Below are positions 49,655-60,397 of a stretch of 64,000 nt of DNA, piece by piece; position 1 is the stretch's first letter, and the number at the start of each line of letters is the position of its first letter. A program made the position numbers and the translations under genes. The notes under the pieces were generated by a model. It did no database searches. It was given only the letters and a program-made list of their open reading frames with translations, and was not told the origin of the DNA. This stretch comes from an uncultured Acidimicrobiia bacterium (GTDB lineage: Bacteria > Actinomycetota > Acidimicrobiia > Spongiisociales > ZC4RG35): positions 3,772 through 67,771 of the forward strand of contig CAXMOW010000002.1 of NCBI GenBank assembly GCA_964195235.1, written 5' to 3'.

Positions 49655-50797
49655 CTAGTCGGCCTCGATCATCCCCAAGGCAAACTCGATTTCTTCGATT
49701 GTCTCCGGAACGGCCTCCCGGGCCAAAGCGTCCTCCAGATCACCACGGGCATCCGATCCTCGGGATCTGGCCAGGGCCCACACGGCGTGGGATCTGATCA
49801 TCGATGAGCGATGACTCATGTGATCCCGAATCGCCGGCAAGGCAGCAGCCTCACCTGAATTTCCCGCCGCTATCAGGATGTTTCGTCTGATGTAACGGGG
49901 GTCGCGTCTGGGCACATACCACCAAGAGAATTGGTCGAGCAGTCTGTCGTCATCTGTGGCAAGCAAACCATCGAAATCCAGCGGAGTCGGGCTCGATGAC
50001 ATGTTCACCAGAGTTCGCTGACCCGGTGGACATGATGTGAGACAGTCGTCACATCCATAGATCCGCCGTCCGATGTAGGGACGGATCCAGCGAGGAATCG
50101 AACCGGGAGTTTGTAGCCAGGTGGAGATGCACTTGCTGGCGTCGAGGCCTGAAGCAGTGATCGCACCGGTGGGACAGGCGGGGATGCAGGCGTCGCAGGT
50201 CCCGCAGTCTCTGATCATTGGACGGGTGGTTTCCAACCCGATGTCAGTCACCAACGATCCGAGCAACATCCACGGACCGTGACCGGGGGTCAGCACCATG
50301 GTGCTTTTGCCAATCCAGCCAAGACCGGCTCTGGCCGCGGCAGCCCGATCGACCAGCCGGTTGTCATCGATCAAGGGTTCGGCCCGATGGCCGGCATCGA
50401 CGACGAGGCCGGCGAGTCGTTCCGCTATTCGGCGCACGGACTGGTAGTGGTCGGAGGTCGCGAAACGGCCGACGACCGCACCGGTGTTCGCGGGAGTGAT
50501 TGCATCGGATAGGTAGTTGTGGGCAAAAACCACGATGCTTCGGGCCCAGGGGAAGGTCATTTCGACATTGGAGGCAACCACCGGCTCGTCATAGGTGAAA
50601 TGGAGAGGTCCCGACATGCCCGACGCCCGGTGAGCCCTGAGGGTGACAAGAGCCTCGGGAAAAGGCTCGGCTGTGGTCACTCCAAAGGCAGCGGCACCGA
50701 GGCCGATAGCCAAATCGCGAAGGGTCTCCGTGGTTGGGACGACGTGGTCGATTACCCAAGAGTACGGGGCTTCCGTACAATTCGGCCCATCACGCAC
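49655..50797 (-). CDS. queG: tRNA epoxyqueuosine reductase QueG with C-terminal HEAT-repeat extension
   Basis: Two 4Fe-4S ferredoxin motifs (CGTCDACIPACP, CDDCLTSCP) and a cobalamin-binding region. GTG start at 50797 is proposed; the longer ORF-track N-terminus would overlap rpsB. Confidence 0.6.
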   Translation of the reverse strand: MRDGPNCTEAPYSWVIDHVVPTTETLRDLAIGLGAAAFGVTTAEPFPEALVTLRAHRASGMSGPLHFTYDEPVVASNVEMTFPWARSIVVFAHNYLSDAITPANTGAVVGRFATSDHYQSVRRIAERLAGLVVDAGHRAEPLIDDNRLVDRAAAARAGLGWIGKSTMVLTPGHGPWMLLGSLVTDIGLETTRPMIRDCGTCDACIPACPTGAITASGLDASKCISTWLQTPGSIPRWIRPYIGRRIYGCDDCLTSCPPGQRTLVNMSSSPTPLDFDGLLATDDDRLLDQFSWWYVPRRDPRYIRRNILIAAGNSGEAAALPAIRDHMSHRSSMIRSHAVWALARSRGSDARGDLEDALAREAVPETIEEIEFALGMIEAD

Positions 50798-50923
50798 GCC
50801 CGTGAACTCCTCTTTGGTGCCTGCCTCTTTGAAGCAGGTTGAGAGGGTCGCCGCGGCCGCCACGCGGCCATGGAGGCGGGGATCAGATCCAACGGGCGGA
50901 GGAAACAACCAGAAGGAGCAATT

Positions 50924-51649
50924 GTGCCTGAAGTCACAATGAAACAGCTCTTGGAGGCCGGCGTTCATTTTGGGCATCAGACCCGACGCTGGAACCCCAA
51001 GATGCGCCCCTACATATACGGGGAACGCAACGGAATCCACATCATCGACCTACGACAGACCGTATCCCAGGTCGCCCAGGCGGTTGACTTCGCCCGAGAC
51101 CTTGCCATAGAAGGTGGCACCATCCTTTTCGTGGGCACCAAGAAACAGGCCCAAGGGGCCGTCGCCCAGAATGCGATGCGGGCAGGTCAGCCTTATGTCA
51201 ACTATCGCTGGCTTGGCGGAATGTTGACCAACTTTCGCACTATCCAGAAGCGAGTTTTCTATATGCGCGAGCTTCGTCGCATGGAGGAGACAGGCGAAAT
51301 GGACAACCTTCTCAAGAAGGAGAGACTTCGTCTTCGTCGTGAGCTGACCAAGCTCGAGGCGAATCTCGGTGGTGTCGCAGAACTCAACAAGCTTCCTGAG
51401 GCTGTGTTCATCGTCGATGTCAACACCGAGGCCACAGCAGTAAAGGAAGCCGATCGTCTCGGCCTTCCGATCATCGCCCTTGTCGACTCGAATTCGGACC
51501 CGGATGCGATCGACTACATCGTGGCCGGCAACGACGATGCCATTCGGGCCGCCGACCTGATCGCGAGCGCAATCGCCGACGCAATGATCGAGGGCACTGA
51601 GATCGCCAAGAAGAAGAAGCCCGCCAAGGCTGAGAGCGAAGAGGCCTGA
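50924..51649 (+). CDS. rpsB: 30S ribosomal protein S2
   Basis: [35 protein letters not shown] before GTG 50924. Confidence 0.85.
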   Translation: MPEVTMKQLLEAGVHFGHQTRRWNPKMRPYIYGERNGIHIIDLRQTVSQVAQAVDFARDLAIEGGTILFVGTKKQAQGAVAQNAMRAGQPYVNYRWLGGMLTNFRTIQKRVFYMRELRRMEETGEMDNLLKKERLRLRRELTKLEANLGGVAELNKLPEAVFIVDVNTEATAVKEADRLGLPIIALVDSNSDPDAIDYIVAGNDDAIRAADLIASAIADAMIEGTEIAKKKKPAKAESEEA

Positions 51650-51652
51650 TCT

Positions 51653-52264
51653 GTGCCCGACTTCACCACTCAGGATATTCAGAAACTGCGTCACGACGCC
51701 GGTGTCGGGATGATGGACGCCAAAACGGCATTGACCGACGCCGCCGGTGATCTCGACGTGGCATTCGAACTCCTGCGTGAACGCGGTCACGCAAAAATGG
51801 CCAAACGCAGTGATCGTGAAGCCAACGAAGGTGTGATCGGCAGCTACATCCACATCCAGAACGAGCGCCCAACCATGGGCGTTCTCATTGAGCTCGTGTG
51901 TGAGACCGATTTTGTTGCCAAAAGCCAGGAGTTTCGGGATACGGCCGACGACATCGCAATGCACGTGAGCTGGGCCAATCCCGAGTGGGTGACTCGTGAT
52001 GAGGTCGACGAGGCCGAAATGACCAAAGAACGGGATCTGATCGGGCGTCAGGCCAAAGCAGAAGGGAAGCCTGCCGACGTCATTGGACGGATTGTCGATG
52101 GCAAAATCAAGTCCTGGTACACGGACAACGTCCTGTATGACCAGACATTCGTCAATACCGAGAAGTACGACGGGACCGTCGGCGATATGGTCGGTGCCCT
52201 CGCATCAAAGATGGGCGAGAACATCTCGGTGCGGCGGACTGCCAGGGTGGCAATTGCCGGCTAG
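51653..52264 (+). CDS. tsf: elongation factor Ts
   Basis: [23 protein letters not shown]-like N-terminus. Confidence 0.85.
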   Translation: MPDFTTQDIQKLRHDAGVGMMDAKTALTDAAGDLDVAFELLRERGHAKMAKRSDREANEGVIGSYIHIQNERPTMGVLIELVCETDFVAKSQEFRDTADDIAMHVSWANPEWVTRDEVDEAEMTKERDLIGRQAKAEGKPADVIGRIVDGKIKSWYTDNVLYDQTFVNTEKYDGTVGDMVGALASKMGENISVRRTARVAIAG

Positions 52265-52272
52265 GAGGCTAC

Positions 52273-52989
52273 TTGTCTGATTCTACCAACCGACGGGTAC
52301 TGCTGAAGCTCTCAGGAGAGGCGTTTGCCGATCCTGCCATCGGCTATGGCATTGATCCATTGACGGTACACCGGGTGGCTGAGGAGATCTCTGATGCGCT
52401 GCAAGACGGTGTGGAAGTTGCGGTGGTTGTTGGTGGTGGCAACATCTTCCGTGGCGTTTCCCAGGCAGCAAAGGGCATGGACGCGGCCACAGCCGACTAC
52501 ATGGGGATGCTGGCAACAGTTATCAACGCTCTGGCTCTCCGCGACGCCCTCGAGAATGTCGGCGTGGACACCCGTGTTCAAAGCGCCATCACCATGCAGG
52601 AACTCGCAGAGCCTTACATTCGACTCCGGGCGATCAGGCATCTGGAGAAGGGTCGGGTTGTCATCTTCGCTGCCGGCACCGGCAACCCGTTCTTCACAAC
52701 AGACACCACCGCCGCCCTTCGGGCGATCGAGATAGGCGCCGATAGCCTGCTCAAGGCCTCGATGGTCGACGGGATATATGACTCTGACCCGGCACAGAAC
52801 GAGGACGCCAATCGTTTGACTGAGCTTTCTTACATGGAGTTCATTGCGGGGGAACTCCGGGTGATGGACACCACCGCCGTTACGATGTGCAAAGAGCACG
52901 AAGTCCCGATTCACGTCTTCGATATGAATGTCCCTGGCAACATCGTCAAGGCTGTTCGGGGCGATCAAATCGGCACGGTGGTCCACTGA
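52273..52989 (+). CDS. pyrH: UMP kinase
   Basis: [11 protein letters not shown] and [11 protein letters not shown] motifs. TAGGAGG RBS. Confidence 0.9.
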   Translation: MSDSTNRRVLLKLSGEAFADPAIGYGIDPLTVHRVAEEISDALQDGVEVAVVVGGGNIFRGVSQAAKGMDAATADYMGMLATVINALALRDALENVGVDTRVQSAITMQELAEPYIRLRAIRHLEKGRVVIFAAGTGNPFFTTDTTAALRAIEIGADSLLKASMVDGIYDSDPAQNEDANRLTELSYMEFIAGELRVMDTTAVTMCKEHEVPIHVFDMNVPGNIVKAVRGDQIGTVVH

Positions 52990-53003
52990 GGAGTGATGGA
53001 AGA

Positions 53004-53555
53004 ATGATCAGCGATCTCTTGGTCGAAGCCGAGCGCAAAATGGAGATGGCGGCCGGTCACGTTGCCAATGAGTTTTCAACTGTCCGTACAGGACGTGCCA
53101 ACCCACAACTCCTTCATCGCATCACCGTTGACTACTACGGAACGCCAACTCCGCTTCAACAGCTGGCGTCGATCGCCGTACCCGAGCCGCGTCTTTTGGT
53201 GGTCCAACCTTTTGACAAGTCCACGGTCACTGACATCGGGCGATCGATCCAGAATTCTGACCTTGGCCTAAATCCCACCGATGACGGCACGGTCATCCGA
53301 ATCGCTTTTCCGCCGCTCACTGAAGAACGTCGCAAGGAACTCATCAAGGTCGTCCACCGTATGGCAGAGGAGGGCCGTGTCGCGGTGAGGAACGTTCGTC
53401 GCCACTCCAAAACCGACATGGAGGCCCTACACGGCGAGATCTCCGACGACGACATCCGCCGGGGTGAGGACGAACTTCAGAAAGTTACCGACCAATGGGT
53501 CGAGAGGATCGACACTCTCATGGCCAACAAAGAAGAAGAGTTGGCGGAGATCTGA
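53004..53555 (+). CDS. frr: ribosome recycling factor
   Basis: 184 aa starting MISDLLVEAERKME at ATG 53004 after a GAGGAG RBS. The upstream extension in the ORF track is spurious. Confidence 0.9.
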   Translation: MISDLLVEAERKMEMAAGHVANEFSTVRTGRANPQLLHRITVDYYGTPTPLQQLASIAVPEPRLLVVQPFDKSTVTDIGRSIQNSDLGLNPTDDGTVIRIAFPPLTEERRKELIKVVHRMAEEGRVAVRNVRRHSKTDMEALHGEISDDDIRRGEDELQKVTDQWVERIDTLMANKEEELAEI

Positions 53556-54835
53556 TGACTGATCAAGGCCCCAACGAGCCCGAAGATCGTGATTTCAAAC
53601 GCCCCTGGGAGGCGGGCGACGACGATGACCCAGTTGAGTCGGTAGAGGAAAGCGCCAACGTCGTGCCCCTTCCTGGCTTTGAAGAGCCAAAAAGTGACCC
53701 CGAACCCGGCGACGATGTGTTTGCGATTGGGAACCAGTTTGCAGGTGACACTTCGGCCTCAAAGTCAGACACTTCAGACGAGGTCGACTGGGATTCGATA
53801 GTCAAAGGCTCCTCGGAGCTAGACGAATTCACCTCGGACGAGTACATCTCAGCCACCACCCAGGAGTATCGGGGTTTGGCAGACGAGGTAACCAAGGCTT
53901 CAGAAACTGACTGGGAGCAGCAGGCGGTGGCAGCCACGGTTCCCGGAGTCGAGAGCGGTCTTCTGGGTTTTGAGGACGTAGGTGCTGCGGCCACCGACCC
54001 CGAGGAATCGTATGAGGCCGTCGAACAGGCTGCGTCTTCCGACCTGACGATGCGTATTGCATCAGGGCTTGTCATTTTCGGGCTTTTTGTGGGAAGCCTT
54101 CTGCTCGGGGGATGGTGGTTCTCGGCTTTTGTGATTCTGGTGATGGTCGTGGCAGTCGGGGAGCTCTATGCCACTCTTCGAGTTCTTGACTATCGCCCGT
54201 TGGCCCTGTTCGGCCTATTGGGTGTGACACTGATGGGTGTGGGTTCTCACAATTGGGGTCCCACCGCGATTGCAGGATGGGCGGCCATGATGATTGCTGC
54301 CACAGTGCTGTTTTTTGCGATTACCCCTCGTCGGAACCCTCTCGAGAACACGTCAGTCACTGTTCTCGGGATGGCTTGGGTAGGCATGCTGGCCTTTGCA
54401 ATACCGATCGCTGCCGGCCCTCATCCCATTGCTTACATCATGTTTCTTGTGTTGTTGATCGCCCTCAATGATTCCGGTTCGTATTTTGTGGGCAGAGCAT
54501 TCGGCCGACGCAAACTTGCCCCGGTCGTTTCACCGGGCAAGACCGTGGAAGGACTGATTGGCGGGCTCATTGTGGGGGCGATCGCCGCCACGGTTCTGGT
54601 GACCTTCCCGGCTTGGGAGACAATCGGGCTTGCCAAGGGACTCGCCGCGGCTCTAGTGATCGGCATCTTTGTTCCCCTCGGCGACTTGGCTGAATCGATG
54701 GTCAAGCGGTCGATCGATGTCAAGGACATGGGCTCGGTCCTCCCCGGTCACGGTGGGATGCTCGATCGAATCGACGGATTTCTCTTCGCAGTACCCGCCG
54801 TCTATATCCTGTTCAGGGGGTTCGGCCTGCTGTGA
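53555..54835 (+). CDS. cdsA: phosphatidate cytidylyltransferase with about 170-aa acidic low-complexity N-terminal extension
   Basis: C-terminal CTP_transf_1 signature (SPGKTVEG...). ATG overlaps the frr stop (TGATG). Confidence 0.8.
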   Translation: MTDQGPNEPEDRDFKRPWEAGDDDDPVESVEESANVVPLPGFEEPKSDPEPGDDVFAIGNQFAGDTSASKSDTSDEVDWDSIVKGSSELDEFTSDEYISATTQEYRGLADEVTKASETDWEQQAVAATVPGVESGLLGFEDVGAAATDPEESYEAVEQAASSDLTMRIASGLVIFGLFVGSLLLGGWWFSAFVILVMVVAVGELYATLRVLDYRPLALFGLLGVTLMGVGSHNWGPTAIAGWAAMMIAATVLFFAITPRRNPLENTSVTVLGMAWVGMLAFAIPIAAGPHPIAYIMFLVLLIALNDSGSYFVGRAFGRRKLAPVVSPGKTVEGLIGGLIVGAIAATVLVTFPAWETIGLAKGLAAALVIGIFVPLGDLAESMVKRSIDVKDMGSVLPGHGGMLDRIDGFLFAVPAVYILFRGFGLL

Positions 54836-55974
54836 GCGCGCCCGTCGTCGTCCTCGGGGCGACCGGTTCACTCGGCACTCAGACTCTCCAGGTCGCCGAT
54901 TCGCTCGGAATTGAAATCGCAGGTCTTGCCGCCGGGAGGCCATCGCAGGCGTTTGCCGACATTGTCACCAGATATCCCGACGCCGCAGTGGTGGTTGCTG
55001 GGGGATCAACCGACGATCGAAATGCCTTTGGGCAGCGTCTAGCCCGACGGATCGCTTTTGGCTCAGATGAAGTTGTTGCTTTAGCCGGAACGCCAGGGAC
55101 AACCGTGGTGAATGGAATCGTTGGGGCGGCAGGTTTGCGATCCAGTGTGGCGACGCTCGAGGCCGGAAGTCGTCTGGCCCTTGCCAACAAGGAGAGCCTG
55201 GTCGCCGGGGGTCCAGTGGTGAAGAAAGCCCTCGCCGGCGGTGGTGAGATGATTCCGGTGGATTCCGAACACTCCGCCGTATACCAATGTCTTGCAGGCG
55301 AGAACGCCGAGTCGGTGGCGCGGCTGATGTTGACCGCATCTGGAGGCCCCTTCCGGGGGAGAGATCGGGCTTCCCTCCAAGATGTGACTCCCGATGAGGC
55401 GCTAAATCATCCGACATGGGACATGGGGCGTCGTATCACGATCGACTCGGCGACGATGTTCAACAAAGGACTCGAAGTCATCGAAGCCCACTTTCTCTTT
55501 GACATTCCCTACGACCACATCGACGTTGTGATTCATCCCCAGTCGGTGTTGCACTCGGCGGTGGAATTTGTCGACGGGTCCTGGAAAGGGCATATCGGAC
55601 AGCCCGACATGCGAATTCCCATTCAATACGCCCTAACCGCCCCCGCCCGAGTGGAATCGTCGGCTGAGCCGTTTACTTTGGCCGGCCTCAGCTTGGACTT
55701 CGAAGAGCCGGATCGCGAGGCTTTTCCCGCGCTGGACATTGCCTATGAAGCAGGGCGTCAAGGCGGTTCAAGTCCGGCGACGCTCAATGCCGCAGACGAG
55801 GTTGCCGTAGAGGCATTCCTTCAGGGAAGACTTGGGTTTCTCGGCATTGCAGAGGTGGTTTCGACGACTGTCGAAACGAGCGAGTGGCGTGAAGTCAGCA
55901 CAATTGACGAAGTGCTCGAAGTGGACCGCGAAGCCCGCGTTATCGCCGCGACCTTGATTGCGGGCGCTTGCTGA
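54832..55974 (+). CDS. dxr: 1-deoxy-D-xylulose 5-phosphate reductoisomerase
   Basis: VVVLGATGSLGTQTL NADPH motif, LANKESLV, and metal-binding D/E residues. Confidence 0.9.
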   Translation: MSAPVVVLGATGSLGTQTLQVADSLGIEIAGLAAGRPSQAFADIVTRYPDAAVVVAGGSTDDRNAFGQRLARRIAFGSDEVVALAGTPGTTVVNGIVGAAGLRSSVATLEAGSRLALANKESLVAGGPVVKKALAGGGEMIPVDSEHSAVYQCLAGENAESVARLMLTASGGPFRGRDRASLQDVTPDEALNHPTWDMGRRITIDSATMFNKGLEVIEAHFLFDIPYDHIDVVIHPQSVLHSAVEFVDGSWKGHIGQPDMRIPIQYALTAPARVESSAEPFTLAGLSLDFEEPDREAFPALDIAYEAGRQGGSSPATLNAADEVAVEAFLQGRLGFLGIAEVVSTTVETSEWREVSTIDEVLEVDREARVIAATLIAGAC

Positions 55975-56001
55975 TTACGGACTGATTGTGGGTAGCGTGA
56001 T

Positions 56002-57087
56002 GTGATGCTCGGTGGTCTCATCGCGGCTTTTGCCATTATTTTCTTCGTCACCGCCCATGAGGCAGGTCACTTCATCGCGGCCAAATCTGTCGGGATGAAG
56101 GCGACCCAGTTCTTCTTCGGGTTCGGCCCCAAGATCTGGTCAACACAGAGAGGGGAGACTGAGTACGGCTTCAAATGGATTCCCCTCGGTGGATATGTCC
56201 GCATCGTCGGGATGAACCCGCTTGAAGAAGTGGCTCCGGCCGATATGGGGCGCACCTACCGGGAGAAGAAATTCTGGGAGAAGAGTTTCGTGGTGTTGGC
56301 CGGGGTCGGCATGAACTTCCTGCTCGCTTTCTTCATGTTCTACGGAATTGTGCTCATCAACGGTGTGCCCGAACCAATCCCGGTCGTCAGCATCGTGGTC
56401 GAAGACTCGCCGGCTGCCGAAGCTGGACTGGAAGAGGGCGATGTCATCGTCGCGGTCAACGGAAGTCCGGTGGCCGACTGGACCGACGCGACTATCGCAT
56501 TGGGAGATGCCGGCCCGGGCCCAGCTGAAATCGTGGTTGAGCGTGACGGGACGCCAATGACCATCGACGTCGTGTTGGTCGAGAGCGAGACCATTCCAGG
56601 CGCAGGTTTTCTTGGGGTGGCTCCGGAGGTTCCCCTGAAAGAGGTGGGCCCTATCGAGGGAATTGGTCTTGCCGGTCAACTCGTTTGGGGCGGGATTACC
56701 GACACCTTCAAGGCTCTGTTCAACATGATTCGACCGTCTTCTATGGCACAGTATTTTGGTGTGTTTCTTGGTGATACCGACGTCGATCCGAGTATCCGAC
56801 CGGTTAGCCCAATTGGCATCGTATCGATCGGGGCTCAGGTCGAGAACGCTGCCTTCTTCATCAGCATCCTGGCTTCCATCAACGTGATCCTGGCGACGAT
56901 CAACCTCTTGCCACTTTTCCCCCTTGACGGTGGCCATTTTGCCATTGCGCTCTATGAGAAGATCACAGGTCGGCAGGCTGATATCCGGCGTCTCGCACCG
57001 ATCGCGATCGCCGTCGTTGGACTATTCGCCTTTCTGGGTTTTGTGGCGATCATCCTCGACGTGACCAACCCCATCAACCTCCAGTAG
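56002..57087 (+). CDS. rseP: RseP/Rip1-type site-2 zinc metalloprotease (M50) with PDZ domain
   Basis: HEAGH zinc motif in TM1, central PDZ domain and C-terminal LDGG motif. Confidence 0.8.
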   Translation: MMLGGLIAAFAIIFFVTAHEAGHFIAAKSVGMKATQFFFGFGPKIWSTQRGETEYGFKWIPLGGYVRIVGMNPLEEVAPADMGRTYREKKFWEKSFVVLAGVGMNFLLAFFMFYGIVLINGVPEPIPVVSIVVEDSPAAEAGLEEGDVIVAVNGSPVADWTDATIALGDAGPGPAEIVVERDGTPMTIDVVLVESETIPGAGFLGVAPEVPLKEVGPIEGIGLAGQLVWGGITDTFKALFNMIRPSSMAQYFGVFLGDTDVDPSIRPVSPIGIVSIGAQVENAAFFISILASINVILATINLLPLFPLDGGHFAIALYEKITGRQADIRRLAPIAIAVVGLFAFLGFVAIILDVTNPINLQ

Positions 57088-57298
57088 GCCCGTCGCGGAC
57101 CAGTGCTCCTGTCAGGGGGTGTCTAGGCCTACCGGCCCTACGACGTGCGTCGAAAATGCAGTATCTATCGAGACCAAGTACAACGTTGCAAAGTCCAGTG
57201 CTAACACCAGCTATCAAGCCGCTGTGAACTCGGCCAAGAACACCAAGAACGCTGCGAAGGCCGAATACAACGCCACCAAATAGGTTTACTCTTGGGTC

Positions 57299-58510
57299 GT
57301 GAGCTTCGAAAGACGTCAAACCCGTCAACTCCACGTCGGTGCTGTGCCGGTAGGTGGTGGTGCACCGATCACGGTCCAATCGATGACCACCACCAAAACG
57401 GCGGATGTCGATGGAACCCTCGCCCAGGTCTATGCGCTGGCGGGCGCTGGTGCCGACATCGTCCGCATCACCTGCAATGAAGTAGAAGCGGCTCAGGGGC
57501 TGGCCGAGATCGTCCCCCGAAGCCCGGTCCCGATCATCGCCGATATCCACTACCAGTACCGGCTTGCGTTGGCCGCAATGGAAGCGGGCGTCCAAGGTCT
57601 TCGTCTCAACCCAGGCAACATTCGCAAGGAAGACCAGATAAAGACGGTGGCCCGTGAGGCCAAGGACAGAGGCCTCTCAATACGGGTCGGAGTCAACGCC
57701 GGATCGTTAGATAAGGACTTGTTGGAGAAATACGGATCGGCGGTTCCTGAAGCGCTGGTCGAATCGGCACAAACTGAGATCCGATATCTGGAAGATGTCG
57801 ACTTCACAGACATCAAGATCTCGGTCAAGCATTCAAACGTGTCTTCGATGGTGGACTCCTATCGACTGCTGGCTGACACCATCGACTATCCACTCCATCT
57901 CGGTGTTACCGAAGCCGGTCCTCCACCTGCTGGTTTGATCAAATCAGTTGCGGGAATCGCCACCCTTCTCAACGAAGGGATTGGTGACACCATTCGGTTT
58001 TCTCTGACCGCAGACTCGGTTGAGGAGGCCAAGGCCGGTCGTCAACTCCTTGAGTTCCTTGGATTGAGGGAACGCAAGGGTCTTGATCTGATCGCATGTC
58101 CCTCTTGCGGCCGGGCTGAGGTCGACGTAATCGAGGTGGCGACCTCAGCGCAGAAAGCGCTGGAAGAGGCCAACCTCCCGATTCAGGTGGCAGTGATGGG
58201 TTGTGTTGTCAACGGTCCAGGCGAGGCCCGAGAGGCCGACATCGGCATCGCTGCCGGACGGGGGAGAGGACACCTGTTCATCAAGGGTCAGGTGGTCCGG
58301 GTAGTTCCCGAGGCAGAGATGGTGGAGGCGCTGCTCGATGAAGCGCGAAAACTGGTTGACGAGGGCGTTGAGGCCCGGTTGGCTCATGCCGAGTCCAACG
58401 CTGCCGAAATCGCCGCCGAGGAGCGTCGTCAGCTGATCGAAATCCAGGGTGATGCCAATCGCAGCGCCGAACGCCGTGAGCGGGTGGCCGAGGTAGCCCA
58501 AAAGGAGTAG
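57299..58510 (+). CDS. ispG: 4-hydroxy-3-methylbut-2-en-1-yl diphosphate synthase
   Basis: TIM-barrel region and C-terminal Fe-S cysteines (CPSCGR...GCVVNGPGE). Confidence 0.9.
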   Translation: MSFERRQTRQLHVGAVPVGGGAPITVQSMTTTKTADVDGTLAQVYALAGAGADIVRITCNEVEAAQGLAEIVPRSPVPIIADIHYQYRLALAAMEAGVQGLRLNPGNIRKEDQIKTVAREAKDRGLSIRVGVNAGSLDKDLLEKYGSAVPEALVESAQTEIRYLEDVDFTDIKISVKHSNVSSMVDSYRLLADTIDYPLHLGVTEAGPPPAGLIKSVAGIATLLNEGIGDTIRFSLTADSVEEAKAGRQLLEFLGLRERKGLDLIACPSCGRAEVDVIEVATSAQKALEEANLPIQVAVMGCVVNGPGEAREADIGIAAGRGRGHLFIKGQVVRVVPEAEMVEALLDEARKLVDEGVEARLAHAESNAAEIAAEERRQLIEIQGDANRSAERRERVAEVAQKE

Positions 58511-58626
58511 GGCCTACTGACCGGTGTGGTCCGCCAAGAACTCCTTGTGTAGGCACGCCACCTCCGTATCAATCACAAGCAACGACCCGGCTAGTCGAAG
58601 ACCGGTGACTACCGTCCCCGTCTCAA

Positions 58627-60345
58627 ATGCGCTGGTCAAACGCCCACATACCAACACTCCGAGACGCTCCGGCCGATGCCGAGGCAGTGAGTCACAAACT
58701 GCTGGTCCGCGGTGGATTCATCCGACAGCTCGCCGCTGGTTCTTACACGATGATGCCTTTGGGTCAGAAGGTCCGTCTCAAAATCGCCGCCATCATCCGC
58801 GAGGAGATGGACGCTATCGGGGGCCAAGAAATGATGCTTCCCACTCTTCATCCAGCAGATATCTGGAAGCAATCCGACCGCTACGACCTGATGGGCGACA
58901 ATCTCTTCAAGCTCGAAGACCGCAAGGGGGCCGATCTGGTCCTGGGGATGACTGAGGAGGAGATCTTCGCCATGCTCGCCACCGAGCTCTTCTCCTATCG
59001 CGATCTCCCCCAGATTTGGTATCAGATGCACACCAAGTTCCGGGACGAAGCGCGACCCAAGTCTGGTCTGCTCCGAGTGCGTGAGTTCACGATGAAGGAC
59101 TCTTACACCCTGGACATCGACTCGCAGGGTCTGGACACTGGCTTCGACAAACACCACAACGCTTACAAACGCATCTTCGCACGACTCGGAATGTCAGCCG
59201 TTGACGTCCAGGCCTCCTCAGGGGCAATGGGTGGATCGGAGTCGATCGAATTCATCCAGCGCAGTGACGCTGGCGAGGATTGGGTGGTCACCTGTGCCAG
59301 CTGCGACTACCGGGCCAATCTCGAGAAGGCGACCTCGGCGCTCGTCGCAATTGATGATGGTGGGTCTACCGAGTTGGAGCGTTTTGCGACGCCGGGATTG
59401 CGAACGATCAAGGCTCTAGCGGAGGCCTTCCCTGATATCGCCAGCCCGAAGCAGTCGATCAAGACGCTTGTCTATTACGTGGACGGTGAGCCGATACTTG
59501 CCCTACTCCGCGGTGACCACGATCTCCAGGACCAGAAATTGCTAGACGCCAGTCGCGCCTCAGCGGCGAGGCCGGCGGAACCCGAGGAAATCCGCGGGTT
59601 GCTGGGTGCTGACCCCGGGAGTCTCGGCGCGGTTGGCGTGAAGGATGTGAGCGTGTTTGTCGATTTGGCCCTGGAGGGCCGAAGCAATATGGCAACCGGT
59701 GCCAACACCGATGATTGGCATTACATGGGAGTGGATATTGCTCGGGATATTGAGGTAACAGCGTTTGTTGATCTTCGTGAGGTCAAGGCAGGTGAGACAT
59801 GCCCTCAAGACGGCGGTGTGCTGGAATTGTGGAAGGGCATTGAAGTTGGCCACATTTTCAAGCTCGGCACTAAATACTCGAAGGCGTTTGACGCGTATGT
59901 CCAGGACGAAGACGGTGTCAGTCACCCAATCATCATGGGCTCATACGGGATCGGTGTTGAGCGTGCAATAGCGGCGATTGTCGAGGCCAACAGTGATGAC
60001 AGCGGGATCATCTGGCCAGTGTCGGTAGCTCCATATGAGGTTCTGATCACCGTGCTCCGGGCCGATGACGAAGTCACGATGAAGACGGCCGAAAATCTGT
60101 ACGACGAACTCAGCTCCGTAGGAGTTGATGTGCTTCTCGACGACCGTGTCGAGCGTCCAGGGGTGAAATTCGCCGACGCCGAGCTGATCGGTATCCCTTA
60201 CCGCATAACTGTTGGTCCACGTGGGGTTGAATCCGGAATCCTCGAACTCACCACGCGCCAGGATCTCGTCAAGGAGGAGGTCCCACTGCCCGAGACAGCA
60301 GCCCTGGTTATCGGAAGGGTGCAATCCGTCAGGACGGGCATTTAG
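58627..60345 (+). CDS. proS: prolyl-tRNA synthetase (bacterial type with editing domain)
   Basis: Class II aaRS motifs, insertion/editing domain and anticodon-binding domain. 572 aa. Confidence 0.9.
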   Translation: MRWSNAHIPTLRDAPADAEAVSHKLLVRGGFIRQLAAGSYTMMPLGQKVRLKIAAIIREEMDAIGGQEMMLPTLHPADIWKQSDRYDLMGDNLFKLEDRKGADLVLGMTEEEIFAMLATELFSYRDLPQIWYQMHTKFRDEARPKSGLLRVREFTMKDSYTLDIDSQGLDTGFDKHHNAYKRIFARLGMSAVDVQASSGAMGGSESIEFIQRSDAGEDWVVTCASCDYRANLEKATSALVAIDDGGSTELERFATPGLRTIKALAEAFPDIASPKQSIKTLVYYVDGEPILALLRGDHDLQDQKLLDASRASAARPAEPEEIRGLLGADPGSLGAVGVKDVSVFVDLALEGRSNMATGANTDDWHYMGVDIARDIEVTAFVDLREVKAGETCPQDGGVLELWKGIEVGHIFKLGTKYSKAFDAYVQDEDGVSHPIIMGSYGIGVERAIAAIVEANSDDSGIIWPVSVAPYEVLITVLRADDEVTMKTAENLYDELSSVGVDVLLDDRVERPGVKFADAELIGIPYRITVGPRGVESGILELTTRQDLVKEEVPLPETAALVIGRVQSVRTGI

Positions 60346-60397
60346 GGCTGGTTCCCTCGTGGTCCTATAATCCGAGTGACAACAGGACGCTTTTTAT

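Noticed and set aside
50798-51040. Long N-terminal extension of the queG ORF (track start 51040).
   Set aside because: It would overlap the divergent rpsB coding region (starting 50924) by more than 100 nt and shows no QueG conservation. An internal GTG at 50797 gives a canonical N-terminus.
57074-57595. 173-aa minus-strand ORF overlapping the ispG 5' end.
   Set aside because: Antisense to ispG, with an Arg/Gly-rich low-complexity translation.
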